From the NCBI GenBank assembly GCA_902479135.1, contig CABSNU010000006.1, forward strand, positions 11,070 to 75,069: DNA of 64,000 nucleotides, given 5' to 3'. The stretch is from an uncultured Collinsella sp. Lineage in GTDB: Bacteria > Actinomycetota > Coriobacteriia > Coriobacteriales > Coriobacteriaceae. The translations under genes were made by a program, and so were the position numbers. The notes under the pieces are model-generated. The model saw only the letters and a list, made by a program, of their open reading frames with translations, searched no databases and had not been told where the DNA came from. Shown here piece by piece: positions 18,034 to 27,957 of this stretch. Each line of letters starts with the position of its first letter. Positions within the stretch are counted from its first letter, which is position 1.

Positions 18034-19197
18034 ATGCAGGCATCGCAGCGTCTCGACCGCTTTGGCGCGGAGGTCTTCGCCTCGCTCAACAACAAACTGC
18101 TTGCGCTGAAGGCTCAGGGCAAGACCATTTACAACATGAGCGTGGGCACGCCCGACTTTAAGCCGTACGACCACGTGGTCGAGGCGCTCACGCAAGCGGC
18201 CCAGGACCCCGAGATGTGGAAGTATGCCCTGCGCGACCTGCCCGAACTCAAGCAAGCCGTGTGCGATTACTATGAGCGCCGCTTTGGCGTTTCGGGCATT
18301 ACGCCGTCTATGGTGCAGTCGTGCAACGGCACGCAGGAGGGCGTGGGCCATTTGGGCCTGGCCCTGCTCGATCCGGGTGACACCATTTTGGTTCCCGATC
18401 CGTGCTACCCGGTCTTTGAGGCGGGCGCCAAGATTGCCGATGCCAAGCTCGAGTACTATCCGTTGGTCGCCGAGCATAATTACCTGCCCTATGTGGCGGG
18501 CATCGATCCCGAGGTGGCCGATCGTGCCAAGTATATGATCGTGTCGTTGCCCGCCAACCCGGTCGGCTCGGTGGGCACGCCCGAGGTCTACGAGGAGATC
18601 ATCGCTTTCGCCCGCGAGCACGACCTGCTCATCGTCCATGACAACGCGTACTCCGACATCGTGTTCGACGGCGAGCCGGGCGGAAGCTTCTTGCAGTATC
18701 CTGGTGCGCTTGAGGTGGGCGTGGAGTTCTTCTCGCTTTCCAAGTCGTTTAACGTTACCGGTGCGCGTATCGGCTTTTTGGTCGGCCGCGAGGACGTGGT
18801 CTCTGCCTTTGCCAAGCTGCGCGGCCAGATCGACTTTGGTATGTTCTTCCCGATCCAGAAGGCTGCTATCGCCTGCCTGAACGGTCCGCGCGATGAGGTC
18901 GAGGCGCAGCGTCTGAAGTACCAGGAGCGCCGCGATGCCCTGTGCGACGGTCTTGAGGGCCTGGGCTGGGAGCGTCCCAACGCGCATGGCTCTATGTTTG
19001 TGTGGGCCAAGCTTCCCGGTGGTCGCACCGATTCCATGGCGTTTTGCGAGGAGCTCATGGAGAAGGCCGGCGTTGTGGTGACGCCGGGCGCGAGCTTTGG
19101 TCCTTCGGGCGAGGGGCACGTGCGCATGGCGCTGGTCCTGCCGCCCGACCAGATTGCTTTGGCTGTCGAGGCCATTCGCGAGGCGGGCCTGTATTAG
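18034..19197 (+). CDS. Class I/II PLP-dependent aminotransferase (LL-DAP/PatA/AlaC-like)
   Basis: PANPVG, HDNAYSD, FSLSKSFNVTGARIG. Confidence 0.85.
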   Translation: MQASQRLDRFGAEVFASLNNKLLALKAQGKTIYNMSVGTPDFKPYDHVVEALTQAAQDPEMWKYALRDLPELKQAVCDYYERRFGVSGITPSMVQSCNGTQEGVGHLGLALLDPGDTILVPDPCYPVFEAGAKIADAKLEYYPLVAEHNYLPYVAGIDPEVADRAKYMIVSLPANPVGSVGTPEVYEEIIAFAREHDLLIVHDNAYSDIVFDGEPGGSFLQYPGALEVGVEFFSLSKSFNVTGARIGFLVGREDVVSAFAKLRGQIDFGMFFPIQKAAIACLNGPRDEVEAQRLKYQERRDALCDGLEGLGWERPNAHGSMFVWAKLPGGRTDSMAFCEELMEKAGVVVTPGASFGPSGEGHVRMALVLPPDQIALAVEAIREAGLY

Positions 19198-19396
19198 GGA
19201 TTCGTTTCTGTGAGTCAATAGTTCGAAACCGATTTCGTGCAGTTATTATACGAATTCTGCAAACAATTTCGGTAAACGGTCGATATTTGTCTGCAATAGG
19301 AGCATAATCAAAGTCCCGATTGGATGTATTGGGATTACGGCAAACCGCTCGGGTCGCCCTGGGCGGTTTGTTTGTGGAGAGAGATGGGAGTTTGTA

Positions 19397-20347
19397 ATGG
19401 TTAACGAGAAGAAGGTCGCTATTGTCGGCTGCGGTTTCGTCGGTTCGTCTTCGGCGTTCGCACTGATGCAGAGCGGTCTGTTCTCCGAGATGGTCCTCAT
19501 CGACGTGGACAAGAACCGCGCTGAGGGCGAGGCCCTGGACATCGCGCACGGCATGACGTTTGCTGAGCCGATGAAGATCTACGCCGGCGATTACTCTGAT
19601 GTCGCCGATGCCGCTATGATCGTCGTCACCGCTGGCGCTGCTCAGAAGCCCGGCGAGACCCGCCTGGACCTGGTCAACAAGAACGTCAACATCTTTAAGT
19701 CCATCATCCCTGAGATTAAGAAGTCCGGCTTCGACGGCATCCTGCTGATCGTCTCCAACCCGGTCGACGTTCTGACCTACGCCGCCATCAAGATGTCCGG
19801 CCTGCCTGAGGGCCACGTTATCGGTTCCGGCACCGTGCTCGACACCGGTCGTCTGCAGCAGATGCTCGGCGCTCACGTCGAGGTCGATCCGCGCGATGTC
19901 CAGGCTTACGTCATGGGCGAGCACGGCGACTCCGAGTTTGTCGCTTGGTCCAGCGCTCAGGTTGCCGGCGTGCCGCTGAGCACCTTCTGCGAGCTTCACG
20001 GCCATCTGGAGCACGAGGCTGCCGAGAAGCGTATCGCCGAGGACGTCAAGAACTCCGCCTACACCATCATCGAGAAGAAGCACGCCACCTACTACGGCGT
20101 TGCCATGGCTGTTAAGCGCATCTGCACCGCTGTCATGCGTGACGAGCAGACCGTTCTGCCCGTTTCTTCGCTCATGGTGGGCGAGTATGGCCTGTCCGAT
20201 CTGGCTATCTCCATGCCGACCGTCGTCGGCCGCGACGGCGTTGTCTGCCGCGTCCCCGTGCCGCTGAACGAGTCCGAGCAGAGCGAGCTCACCGCTTCTG
20301 CCAAGGCCCTCAAGGACATCATCGACAGCGTCGATTTCTCCTGCTAA
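19397..20347 (+). CDS. ldh: L-lactate dehydrogenase
   Basis: GCGFVGSS, AGAAQKPGETRLDL, SNPVD, GSGTVLDTGR, GEHGDS. Confidence 0.95.
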   Translation: MVNEKKVAIVGCGFVGSSSAFALMQSGLFSEMVLIDVDKNRAEGEALDIAHGMTFAEPMKIYAGDYSDVADAAMIVVTAGAAQKPGETRLDLVNKNVNIFKSIIPEIKKSGFDGILLIVSNPVDVLTYAAIKMSGLPEGHVIGSGTVLDTGRLQQMLGAHVEVDPRDVQAYVMGEHGDSEFVAWSSAQVAGVPLSTFCELHGHLEHEAAEKRIAEDVKNSAYTIIEKKHATYYGVAMAVKRICTAVMRDEQTVLPVSSLMVGEYGLSDLAISMPTVVGRDGVVCRVPVPLNESEQSELTASAKALKDIIDSVDFSC

Positions 20348-20377
20348 AACTCGCTCGTTTGCCAGCAAGCTACAATG

Positions 20378-20412
20378 AAGGCGCCCAGGCCCCACGGCCC
20401 GGGCGCCTTTTT
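20378..20412 (+). terminator. Intrinsic terminator after ldh
   Basis: AAGGCGCCCAGG...CCGGGCGCCTTTTT. Confidence 0.75.
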
Positions 20413-20486
20413 GGTGCATTGGGGTCAGATTACTTTGCACCAAAAAGGGCGCGATTGGTGCAAACAAGCCTGACCCCAATGCACCA
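20412..20486. repeat. REP/REPIN-like long inverted repeat; a diverged half copy lies at 21667-21701
   Basis: TGGTGCATTGGGGTCAG...TTTGCACCA / TGGTGCAAA...CTGACCCCAATGCACCA. Confidence 0.65.
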
Positions 20487-20503
20487 TTGTTGATGGGAGA
20501 GCC

Positions 20504-21664
20504 GTGTCGGATTCGCCTAACTTTTTGACCTATGCCCAGACGGCGTTTGATTCGTTTGAGGAGCGGACGTTCTGCGCGGTGGACAGCCTGGTGTTTGCAT
20601 GGCTGTCGTATTTGCGCTTGCCGGGGGATATGCCGGAGCTTGCCGGCTGGCAGGGCCTAGACGTACGCGAGCTGCTGCGTGCCGAGTGCTACCGGGACAT
20701 GATTGACGACTTGTGGGACCCGGAGGGGAGCAAGGCCTTGCTGGAGGCCGTGGCAGCAAGTCCTCGCTACCGTGGCGTGCACGTTTGCGGCTATCGTGCC
20801 GTGAGCGATGTGGTGGCGACAGAGCAGTTTGCAGCCATGGCGTTCCGGTTTCCGGCGGGGTTTAGCTATCTTTCCTTCCGGGGGACCGACAGCACGATTG
20901 TGGGCTGGAAAGAGGACTTTAACATGGCGTTCCGGTATCCTGTGCCGGCCCAGGAATCCGCGGCGCGTTATGTGGACGAGGCGGCGGATGCGATTGACGG
21001 GCCGCTTTTGTGCGGAGGTCATTCCAAGGGTGGAAACCTTGCGGTGTACGGTGCGGCGATGTGCTCCGATGTCGCCCGTGCGCGAATCGAACAGGCGTAT
21101 TCCCATGATGGTCCGGGTTTCGTCGAGGAGTTTCTGAACGGCAACGCCTTTGCCGATCTTTCCGGTCGAATCGACAAGACGCTACCTCGGTCGTCGATCT
21201 TTGGCATGATGTTCGAGACGCAGGAGGACTATGCCATCGTTGAGAGCACCGAGTTCAGCCTGCTGCAGCACAATCCCTTTAGCTGGGTGGTTGATGGTCG
21301 CGACTTCGTGTACTGTGAGCGCCTGTCCGCCGGTGCTCGATACGTTGATGGCTCCATTCGCGAGATGCTGCTTGCAGTTTCGCCTAGCGAGCGCGAGCGT
21401 TTTGTAGATGCGTTGTTCTCCGTGTTTGAGGCTACGGGTGCTGAGCGGTTTGCGGATATCGCTGGGAATCTGCGCGAGAGCCTGCCCGTGATGCTCCAGG
21501 CTGCGCAAGGGTTTGACAAGGATACGCGACGCTTTGTCTCGCAGACCATCGTGGCAATTCTTAAGTGTGCGCTGCTGCCCAAACGTCCCGAGTTCAGCGT
21601 GCCTTCTAGTGGTAAGAGCCTGGCAGAACAGCTCGAGGTATGGCAGTCCGAGCTCCTGCGCTAG
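20504..21664 (+). CDS. DUF2974 (Mbeg1-like) alpha/beta hydrolase
   Basis: FRGTD.TIVGWKEDFNM, GHSKGGNLA, SHDGPGF, QHNPFSW. Confidence 0.85.
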   Translation: MSDSPNFLTYAQTAFDSFEERTFCAVDSLVFAWLSYLRLPGDMPELAGWQGLDVRELLRAECYRDMIDDLWDPEGSKALLEAVAASPRYRGVHVCGYRAVSDVVATEQFAAMAFRFPAGFSYLSFRGTDSTIVGWKEDFNMAFRYPVPAQESAARYVDEAADAIDGPLLCGGHSKGGNLAVYGAAMCSDVARARIEQAYSHDGPGFVEEFLNGNAFADLSGRIDKTLPRSSIFGMMFETQEDYAIVESTEFSLLQHNPFSWVVDGRDFVYCERLSAGARYVDGSIREMLLAVSPSERERFVDALFSVFEATGAERFADIAGNLRESLPVMLQAAQGFDKDTRRFVSQTIVAILKCALLPKRPEFSVPSSGKSLAEQLEVWQSELLR

Positions 21665-21766
21665 CCATTGGTGCAAAGCAACCTGTCCCCGATGCGCCAA
21701 TCTTCGATGCGCCTGGGGCGGGATCGACCGCTATACTGGTTCGTGCCGAAATCGATCTAGAACGGA

Positions 21767-22780
21767 ATGCCGTATATGAAAATCAATCACGCGATTTTGC
21801 ATATCCTGGACTTTGACTCTGCCGTCAACGTTATGAGCCAGCGCGAGCTCGATATCGAGAGCCGTACCGTCCGCAACTTCGTGACCACGCACCTGCGCCG
21901 TGCACGCACCTCGGCCGACAATAAACGCGCCACGTTTGCCGAGAACTCCGCATTCGGCGGCGAGCTCAAGGGCTATTTCTTTGGCGAGCGCGAGTTCGTG
22001 GACCTGTCGCAGCAGATTGCGGAGTTTATCTCCTCCGAGCTCACCAAGGCTGAGAAAGCCGAGTCCACCGACGTGCTCGTGGCTGATTTTGACGACGATG
22101 AGGACGCCCGCTGGTTTGCCGTGATGCTGCTGGGCTCCAAGCAGGCTTTTATGCACGAGGTGGGTCGCGAAGAGGGCGAGGTGCGCAACGACATTGCGCG
22201 CCACTACGCCATTCTGCCGAATCCCTCGCAAAAGGTGCCGAGCTATGCAATCGTGCGTGCAAGCACCATGGAGATCGGCTATGTGGATAAGAAGCGCAAG
22301 ATTGCCGGCGAGGATCGCATGCTCATTCCCGATGGCCTGCTGCAGTGCGACACGGGGGTATCGGGCAAGGAGGTCATCGACACCGTGACGCGTGTGGTCG
22401 AGGAAGTCGCCGAGGAGCACGGTGCCAACACGGCTGTAGCACTCGCCAAGGTTAAGGCTGCCGTTGCCGAGAAGGTTGAGGATGACGAGGAGCTGCCGCC
22501 TTGGGATATCGTCGATGAGGTCTTTGAGGACGAACCGGTTATCAAGGAGAGCGTGCGCGCGGCGCTGACCGAGGAGAAGGTGCCTGAGCGTGTGCCCGTG
22601 GAGCGCAAGCAGGTCGAACGCGCGGCGGTGCGCAATCATAAGATCCGAACCGACACGGGTATCGAAATCAGCTTCCCGGCCGAGATGGGTTCGAACTCCG
22701 AGTACATCGAGTTTGTCAACGAGCCCAATGGCCTCATCTCCATCGAGCTCAAGAATATCGGCAGCATCGAGAATCGATAA
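21767..22780 (+). CDS. Nucleoid-associated protein (NA37/YejK-like)
   Basis: INHAILHILD N-terminus; KIRTDTGIEI..P..IEFVN.PNG.ISI.LKNI C-terminus. Confidence 0.8.
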   Translation: MPYMKINHAILHILDFDSAVNVMSQRELDIESRTVRNFVTTHLRRARTSADNKRATFAENSAFGGELKGYFFGEREFVDLSQQIAEFISSELTKAEKAESTDVLVADFDDDEDARWFAVMLLGSKQAFMHEVGREEGEVRNDIARHYAILPNPSQKVPSYAIVRASTMEIGYVDKKRKIAGEDRMLIPDGLLQCDTGVSGKEVIDTVTRVVEEVAEEHGANTAVALAKVKAAVAEKVEDDEELPPWDIVDEVFEDEPVIKESVRAALTEEKVPERVPVERKQVERAAVRNHKIRTDTGIEISFPAEMGSNSEYIEFVNEPNGLISIELKNIGSIENR

Positions 22781-22803
22781 GGCTTTTTACTTTTGAATAA
22801 AAG

Positions 22804-22845
22804 TCTGGATTATTTTTTGAAGTATACTTTGAAATATAATCCAGA
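22804..22845 (+). promoter_or_regulatory. Inverted-repeat operator in the TA promoter
   Basis: TCTGGATTAT ... ATAATCCAGA, AT-rich with TATAAT, upstream of a GGAGG RBS. Confidence 0.55.
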
Positions 22846-22864
22846 TTATTTTTTGGAGGTCAAA

Positions 22865-23215
22865 ATGTCCCCACTCGTTCTGGAAAAACCGGTGTTTACA
22901 AAAGACCAGGTTGTTTCTGCTACCGAAGCAAGCAAGTCCTTATCCGCCATTCGTAAACGCGCAAAACGCGCGCCTCAGTTCATTGCTGATCATAATGATA
23001 TCGATACCGTGATTATCGACTATGCTGCCTATGAGGAAATGTACGGCGCGCTGCAGTATCTGCATGAACTTGAGATAAATCGCATCGCTGCGGATCGAGT
23101 CAAGCATGGTCCGCATGAGTTTGTTCCGTTTGAGGACGCCTTAACTGCCGAGGAGCTCGCGGAGCTTGAGTCGATGGATTCGGACGCGATTCCCGACGAG
23201 GATCTTTTCGAATGA
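22865..23215 (+). CDS. Type II antitoxin, Phd/YefM-like
   Basis: VSATEASKSL N-terminus, acidic C-terminus, ATGA overlap with the toxin gene. Confidence 0.7.
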   Translation: MSPLVLEKPVFTKDQVVSATEASKSLSAIRKRAKRAPQFIADHNDIDTVIIDYAAYEEMYGALQYLHELEINRIAADRVKHGPHEFVPFEDALTAEELAELESMDSDAIPDEDLFE

Positions 23216-23556
23216 GCGGGCATTTTGTTGTCGGCTTTTTGAATCGAGACGTCGAGAAGGAATATCAAAAACTAGATGGATCCCAGCGCAGGCTCGTCCG
23301 TATTGCCGTCGCAAAATTAAAGACGCGCGCTGATGAAATCGGAACGCCGCTTCACGGCGAGCTCGCCGGCTGCAAAAAGATTAAATGGCGGAATGCGGGA
23401 CTCAGAATGGTTTTCCGAATCCGAGAGGACGGAATGGTTGAGATTGCCGAGATTGTGGCAATAGGGCGGCGCGATCGTTCCGAGGTCTATAAGACGACCG
23501 TAGGGCGCCTGTCAAAGCAACCCGCCATGGTTGAATACGATGGAACCCTGAGATAA
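23212..23556 (+). CDS. Type II toxin, RelE/ParE family
   Basis: KEYQKLD, G.PLHGELAGC.KIK..GLRMVFRI, VAIGRR..EVYK. Confidence 0.8.
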   Translation: MSGHFVVGFLNRDVEKEYQKLDGSQRRLVRIAVAKLKTRADEIGTPLHGELAGCKKIKWRNAGLRMVFRIREDGMVEIAEIVAIGRRDRSEVYKTTVGRLSKQPAMVEYDGTLR

Positions 23557-23636
23557 AGAAGGCCGAAGTCCCGGGCGGGGCTTCGGCCTTCTTGCTTGGG
23601 GCTTAATTACGCTACAGGTTGAGCGTACGTCAGCGA

Positions 23637-23734
23637 AAACGCCCCAGAGCGAGCAAGGTGACGTGAAAGAGGAGGGCATTGACCTTCTGGTCATGCCCGA
23701 CGATTGAACGTCAGATTGCCGCTCTGGGTCGTTT
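23637..23734 (+). repeat. Structured intergenic hairpin, family A copy 1
   Basis: Nested stems CCCAGAGCG/CGCTCTGGG, TGACGT/ACGTCA, GGGCA/TGCCC with a GAAAGAGGA/GACGATTGA internal loop. Confidence 0.65.
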
Positions 23735-23777
23735 GCAGCGTCGACTTGTTACGCGGTTTGTCAAAACCGCGTAACTA

Positions 23778-24497
23778 TTAGAGCTGGCGCAGGCCTTCCT
23801 CGAGACCGGTCTTGCTGTCGGTCTGGGCGTCACGCATCTTGATGACGCGGGCGGGGACACCGGCCACGACGGCGCCGGCGGGGACATCCTCGACGCACAC
23901 GGCACCGGCAGCCACGACGGCGCCCTTGCCCACGCGCACGCCCTCCAGGACCACGGCGTTGGCGCCAATCATGACATCATCCTCGATGATGACGGGCGTG
24001 GCACTCGCGGGCTCAACGACGCCTGCCAGTACGGTGCCGGCGCCGATGTGGCAGTTCTTGCCCACGGTGGCGCGGCCGCCCAGCACGGCGCCCATATCAA
24101 TCATAGAGCCTTCGCCAATGACGGAGCCGATGTTGATGATGGCGCCCATCATGATGACGGCGCGGTCGCCGATCTCGACGCGGTCGCGGATGATCGCGCC
24201 CGGCTCAATGCGGGCGTTGATGCCCTTAAGGTCGAGCATGGGGACGGCGGAGTTGCGACAGTCGTTCTCCACATCGTAGTAGTCGATGGAGTCGGCATTG
24301 GCATCGAGGATGGCCTTGAGCTCTTCCCAGTCGCCAAAGACGGTCTTGCCGCGACGACCGCCGTAGACGTGTGCATTGCCCCACTGGACCTTCATGCCCG
24401 GCTTCTCGCGCACGTACAGCTTGACGGGCGTCTTTTTGGGCGCGGTGGCGATGTAGTTGATAATCTCCTGTGCATCCATCTCGGCTGCGTTGCTCAT
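23778..24497 (-). CDS. dapH: Tetrahydrodipicolinate N-acetyltransferase
   Basis: MDAQEII.YI...[25 protein letters not shown], hexapeptide repeats. Confidence 0.9.
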   Translation of the reverse strand: MSNAAEMDAQEIINYIATAPKKTPVKLYVREKPGMKVQWGNAHVYGGRRGKTVFGDWEELKAILDANADSIDYYDVENDCRNSAVPMLDLKGINARIEPGAIIRDRVEIGDRAVIMMGAIINIGSVIGEGSMIDMGAVLGGRATVGKNCHIGAGTVLAGVVEPASATPVIIEDDVMIGANAVVLEGVRVGKGAVVAAGAVCVEDVPAGAVVAGVPARVIKMRDAQTDSKTGLEEGLRQL

Positions 24498-24536
24498 CTG
24501 CTATCTCTCCTTTGGGTGGATTCGGTTGATACCTGG

Positions 24537-25277
24537 TTAGGCAAACATGACCTGGTCAAACGTATAGAAGCCGGGTTCGCGGGTGACGAGCTTTTGCGCG
24601 GCTGCCAAGGCGCCGTTGACAAAGATCTGACGGCTCGTGGCGCGGTGGGTGAGCGTGACCTCCTCGTCCTGGCCAAAGAAACTCACCTCGTGCACGCCGG
24701 CGACAGTGCCGCCGCGCAGCGAGTGCATGCCGATCTCCTTGGGGTCGCGCGCTCCGCACATGCCCTCGCGGCCATAGACGGGGTGGTAGCCTGCCTCGGG
24801 CTCGGCTTCGACGACGGCGTCGAGTAGCAGCTTGGCGGTGCCGCTGGGAGCGTCGACCTTTTGGTTGTGGTGCGTCTCGACAATCTCGCAGTCAAAGCCG
24901 GGCAGCTCGCGTGTGGCCTGTGCTACCAGATGACGCAGGGCTGCGATACCGATGGAGTAATTGCCGGAGTGCATGACGCGGGCGTTCTGACCCAGCTCGC
25001 GCAGGCGGTCCATCTGATCGGGTGTGTAGCCCGTGGTGCCCGAGACCAACGCGGCGCCCGTGCGCTCGACATAGGCGACGACGGCATCGAAGGTCGCAAC
25101 GTTCGAGAAGTCGATGATGACGTCGGCTGCCGGGGCGCTCTCGAGCTCGGGCAGATCAAAACCGATCTGGGCGACGATATCAAAAACGTGCTGACCGGCG
25201 GCGTCGACAACGCCCTCGGCGGTGGTGCGGATGAGCGAGCCCATGCGGCCCGTTCCCATAATGACGGTCTTAATCAA
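24537..25277 (-). CDS. dapB: 4-hydroxy-tetrahydrodipicolinate reductase
   Basis: GRMG, IDFS, SGTTG, ETHHNQKVDAPSGTA, HSLRGG. Confidence 0.93.
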   Translation of the reverse strand: MIKTVIMGTGRMGSLIRTTAEGVVDAAGQHVFDIVAQIGFDLPELESAPAADVIIDFSNVATFDAVVAYVERTGAALVSGTTGYTPDQMDRLRELGQNARVMHSGNYSIGIAALRHLVAQATRELPGFDCEIVETHHNQKVDAPSGTAKLLLDAVVEAEPEAGYHPVYGREGMCGARDPKEIGMHSLRGGTVAGVHEVSFFGQDEEVTLTHRATSRQIFVNGALAAAQKLVTREPGFYTFDQVMFA

Positions 25278-27579
25278 GCAGACCAGCTCCCTTCAGAGCA
25301 TCGGTAAGTGCGGTGCGCGTGTCGTCTGCCATGGGGCACAGCGGCATGCGATAGTTGGCCTCGATCATACCCATCTGGGCGAGCGCTTCCTTAACGGGGA
25401 TGGGGTTGACTTCGCTAAAGAGGGCGTTGATGAGCGGCTGGCCGGCAATCTGGATCTCGCGGGCGCGCTCCACGTCACCGTCCAGGTAGGCACGGCACAT
25501 GTCGTGCACGAGTTGCGGCTGCACGTCGGCCCAAACGCTGATGGTGCCCGAGGCGCCCAGGCTCATGAGCGGTACGGTGAGCGCGTCCTCGCCCGAATAC
25601 ATGCGGAAGTCGTTGGACAGCAGGTGCGCGATCTTGGCGGCATAGGCGACGTTGCCCGATGCCTCCTTGATGCCCATGATGTTGGGGTGTGCGGCCAGGC
25701 GCTCGACATTGCGCTCGCTGATACCGCAGCCGCAACGACCGGGGATGTTGTACAAGATGCAGGGGATGTCCACCGCATCGGCCACGGTCTTAAAGTGCTG
25801 GTAGATGCCCTCTTCGTTGGACTTGTTGTAGTAGGGGGTGATGAGCAGCAGGCCGTCGGCGCCCAGGCCCTGGTAGGTGAGCGACTTGGTGAGCATTGTC
25901 TGCGTGGAGTTGGAGCCCGACCCGGCGATGACGGGGATGCGGCCTGCGACCTGCTTGACCACGGCGGCAACGACGGAGTTGTCCTCGTCATCGGTCATCG
26001 TGGCGCTCTCGCCGGTGGTGCCCAGGGTGAGGATGGCATCGGTGCCATTTTGCAGGTGGAAATCGATAAGGCGCTCGAGCGCGTCAAAGTCGACACTGCC
26101 GTCCTTTTTAAACGGCGTGACAAGGGCGACGATTGAACCCTCGAGATTGCGGATGTCCATGTTCTTCTCCTTCGCTTCCGCGATCTGGATGCGTTTGTTC
26201 CACTGAGCGGCGACGGCCAGGCGCTCGTCCTGAGCGCGGCGGCGGGCACTTTCGGCGCGCGACTTGGCCAGCAACTCTCGGCCGCACGGCAGCACGTCGA
26301 GCGTGGCAAAGTAATCGACCGGGCGCTCGGCGCGTCGGATGAGGTCGGCCGAGCCATCGGGGCGCAGCAGGACCTCGGCGGAGCGCAGGCGTCCGTTGTA
26401 GTTGTAGCCCATGGAGTAGCCATGCGCGCCGGTATCGTGGATCACAAGCAGGTCGCCCATGTCGATATGCGGCAGCGAGCGGTCGATGGCGAACTTATCG
26501 TTGTTCTCGCACAAGTTGCCCGTGATGTCATACGTGTTCGTGACCGGTGCTGCGGTCTTGTCGGCGCCACCCGGCTGTCCCATCACCGTAATGTGGTGGT
26601 AGGCACCATACATAGCGGGACGAATGAGGTCGACGGCGCTTGCGTCCACGCCGATATAGTCCTTGTAGATCTGCTTTTCGTGGATGGCCTTGGTCACCAG
26701 GCAGCCGTAGGGGCCCATCATAAAGCGACCCATCTCGGTGCAAATCGCCACATCGCCCATGCCGGCGGGAACCAGGATCTCGTCGTATGCCGCGTGCACC
26801 CCCTCGCCGATGGCGTGAATGTCGTTGGCCTGCTGCTCGGGCAGATAGGGGATGCCGATGCCGCCGGACAGATTGATGAAGGCGACGTGTGCGCCGGTCT
26901 CGCGCTCCAGGCGCACGGCAAGCTCAAAGAGGATGCGCGCAAGCTTGGGGTAGTAGTCGTTGGTGACGGTGTTGCTGGCAAGGAATGCGTGGATACCAAA
27001 GTCCTCGGCACCCTTGGCCTTGAGCGTGCGGAAGGCCTCGAAGAGCTGCTCGGTGGTCATGCCGTACTTGGAGTCGCCGGGGTTATCCATGATGCCATTG
27101 GAGAGCTGGAACAGGCCACCCGGATTAAAGCGGCAGCTGACCGTCTTGGGGATGGGCCCCGCAACGCGCTCAAAGAACTCAATGTGGCTGATGTCATCAA
27201 AGTTGACGATGGCGCCCAGCTTGTCGGCGAGCTCAAAGTCGGCCGCCGGCGTGTCGTTGGACGAGAACATGATGTCGTGTCCCGTGATGCCCAGCGAGCG
27301 GGCAATCATGAGCTCGGTATAGCTCGAGCAATCGCAGCCGCAGCCGTATTCGTTGAGAATGGAGATGAGCGCCGGGTTGGGATTGGCCTTGACGGCAAAG
27401 TATTCCTTAAAGCCCGGGTTCCATGCAAAGGCGTCGCGCACTTCTTGCATGTTGCGGCGGATGCCCGCCTCGTCGTATAGATGAAACGGCGTGGGGAACT
27501 GCTCGACGATATGCTCGAGCGTCTCCTTGTCCACAAACGGCTGCTTGGCCGCATATGCCTCGTTGGGAGTCAATGACAT
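25270..27579 (-). CDS. lysA-dapA: In-frame fusion of diaminopimelate decarboxylase (N-terminal) and dihydrodipicolinate synthase (from 26160)
   Basis: LysA: FAVKANPN, INLSGG, EMGR, GNLCENND, GAHGYSMGYNYN. DapA: ALVTPF, GTTGES, PYYNK, LYNIPGR, GIKEASG, NPIPVK. No stop between them. Confidence 0.9.
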   Translation of the reverse strand: MSLTPNEAYAAKQPFVDKETLEHIVEQFPTPFHLYDEAGIRRNMQEVRDAFAWNPGFKEYFAVKANPNPALISILNEYGCGCDCSSYTELMIARSLGITGHDIMFSSNDTPAADFELADKLGAIVNFDDISHIEFFERVAGPIPKTVSCRFNPGGLFQLSNGIMDNPGDSKYGMTTEQLFEAFRTLKAKGAEDFGIHAFLASNTVTNDYYPKLARILFELAVRLERETGAHVAFINLSGGIGIPYLPEQQANDIHAIGEGVHAAYDEILVPAGMGDVAICTEMGRFMMGPYGCLVTKAIHEKQIYKDYIGVDASAVDLIRPAMYGAYHHITVMGQPGGADKTAAPVTNTYDITGNLCENNDKFAIDRSLPHIDMGDLLVIHDTGAHGYSMGYNYNGRLRSAEVLLRPDGSADLIRRAERPVDYFATLDVLPCGRELLAKSRAESARRRAQDERLAVAAQWNKRIQIAEAKEKNMDIRNLEGSIVALVTPFKKDGSVDFDALERLIDFHLQNGTDAILTLGTTGESATMTDDEDNSVVAAVVKQVAGRIPVIAGSGSNSTQTMLTKSLTYQGLGADGLLLITPYYNKSNEEGIYQHFKTVADAVDIPCILYNIPGRCGCGISERNVERLAAHPNIMGIKEASGNVAYAAKIAHLLSNDFRMYSGEDALTVPLMSLGASGTISVWADVQPQLVHDMCRAYLDGDVERAREIQIAGQPLINALFSEVNPIPVKEALAQMGMIEANYRMPLCPMADDTRTALTDALKGAGLLD

Positions 27580-27650
27580 GTCCCGTAAACCTCGCTATCC
27601 AGACGGCGCTACCTGCGCATCGAATCCGCATAGCGCGGACCCAATGTCCG

Positions 27651-27807
27651 GATAGCGCTCCCGCATTGCTGCAGACAGTCCTGCGGGTGTTTCCCGCAGG
27701 CCCACCAGGCTGTTCGTGCCCGAAAAACCCAGTTCGGCGGGTTTCGCCTCCCCGCGGGGTCAAAGCCTGCCGGCTCGCCCGCGGCTCTTCGTGCCCGCGC
27801 CTCTATC
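27651..27807 (-). ncRNA. Lysine riboswitch (L-box)
   Basis: Minus strand reads GATAGAGGCGCG...GCCGAA...TGGGCC...ACTGTC...GGAGCGCTATC, matching L-box landmarks with a closing GATAG/CTATC P1 stem; upstream of lysA. Confidence 0.88.
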
Positions 27808-27957
27808 AAGTGGTAACGACCCTACCACGTTGCACTTTACCAAACAAGAGTATTCGTATATAACGTTTAAAAAATGCAGGGATATGCTGGAAACATGTGT
27901 GCCACAATCCTGTATCACAATAAGTTGCAACAGGTGTGCCTCACGAAGGGATTCTCT

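Noticed and set aside
19233..19253. TTCGTGCAGTTATTATACGAA upstream of ldh as a Rex box
   Set aside because: Spacing and sequence do not fit TTGTGAA-N4-TTCACAA.
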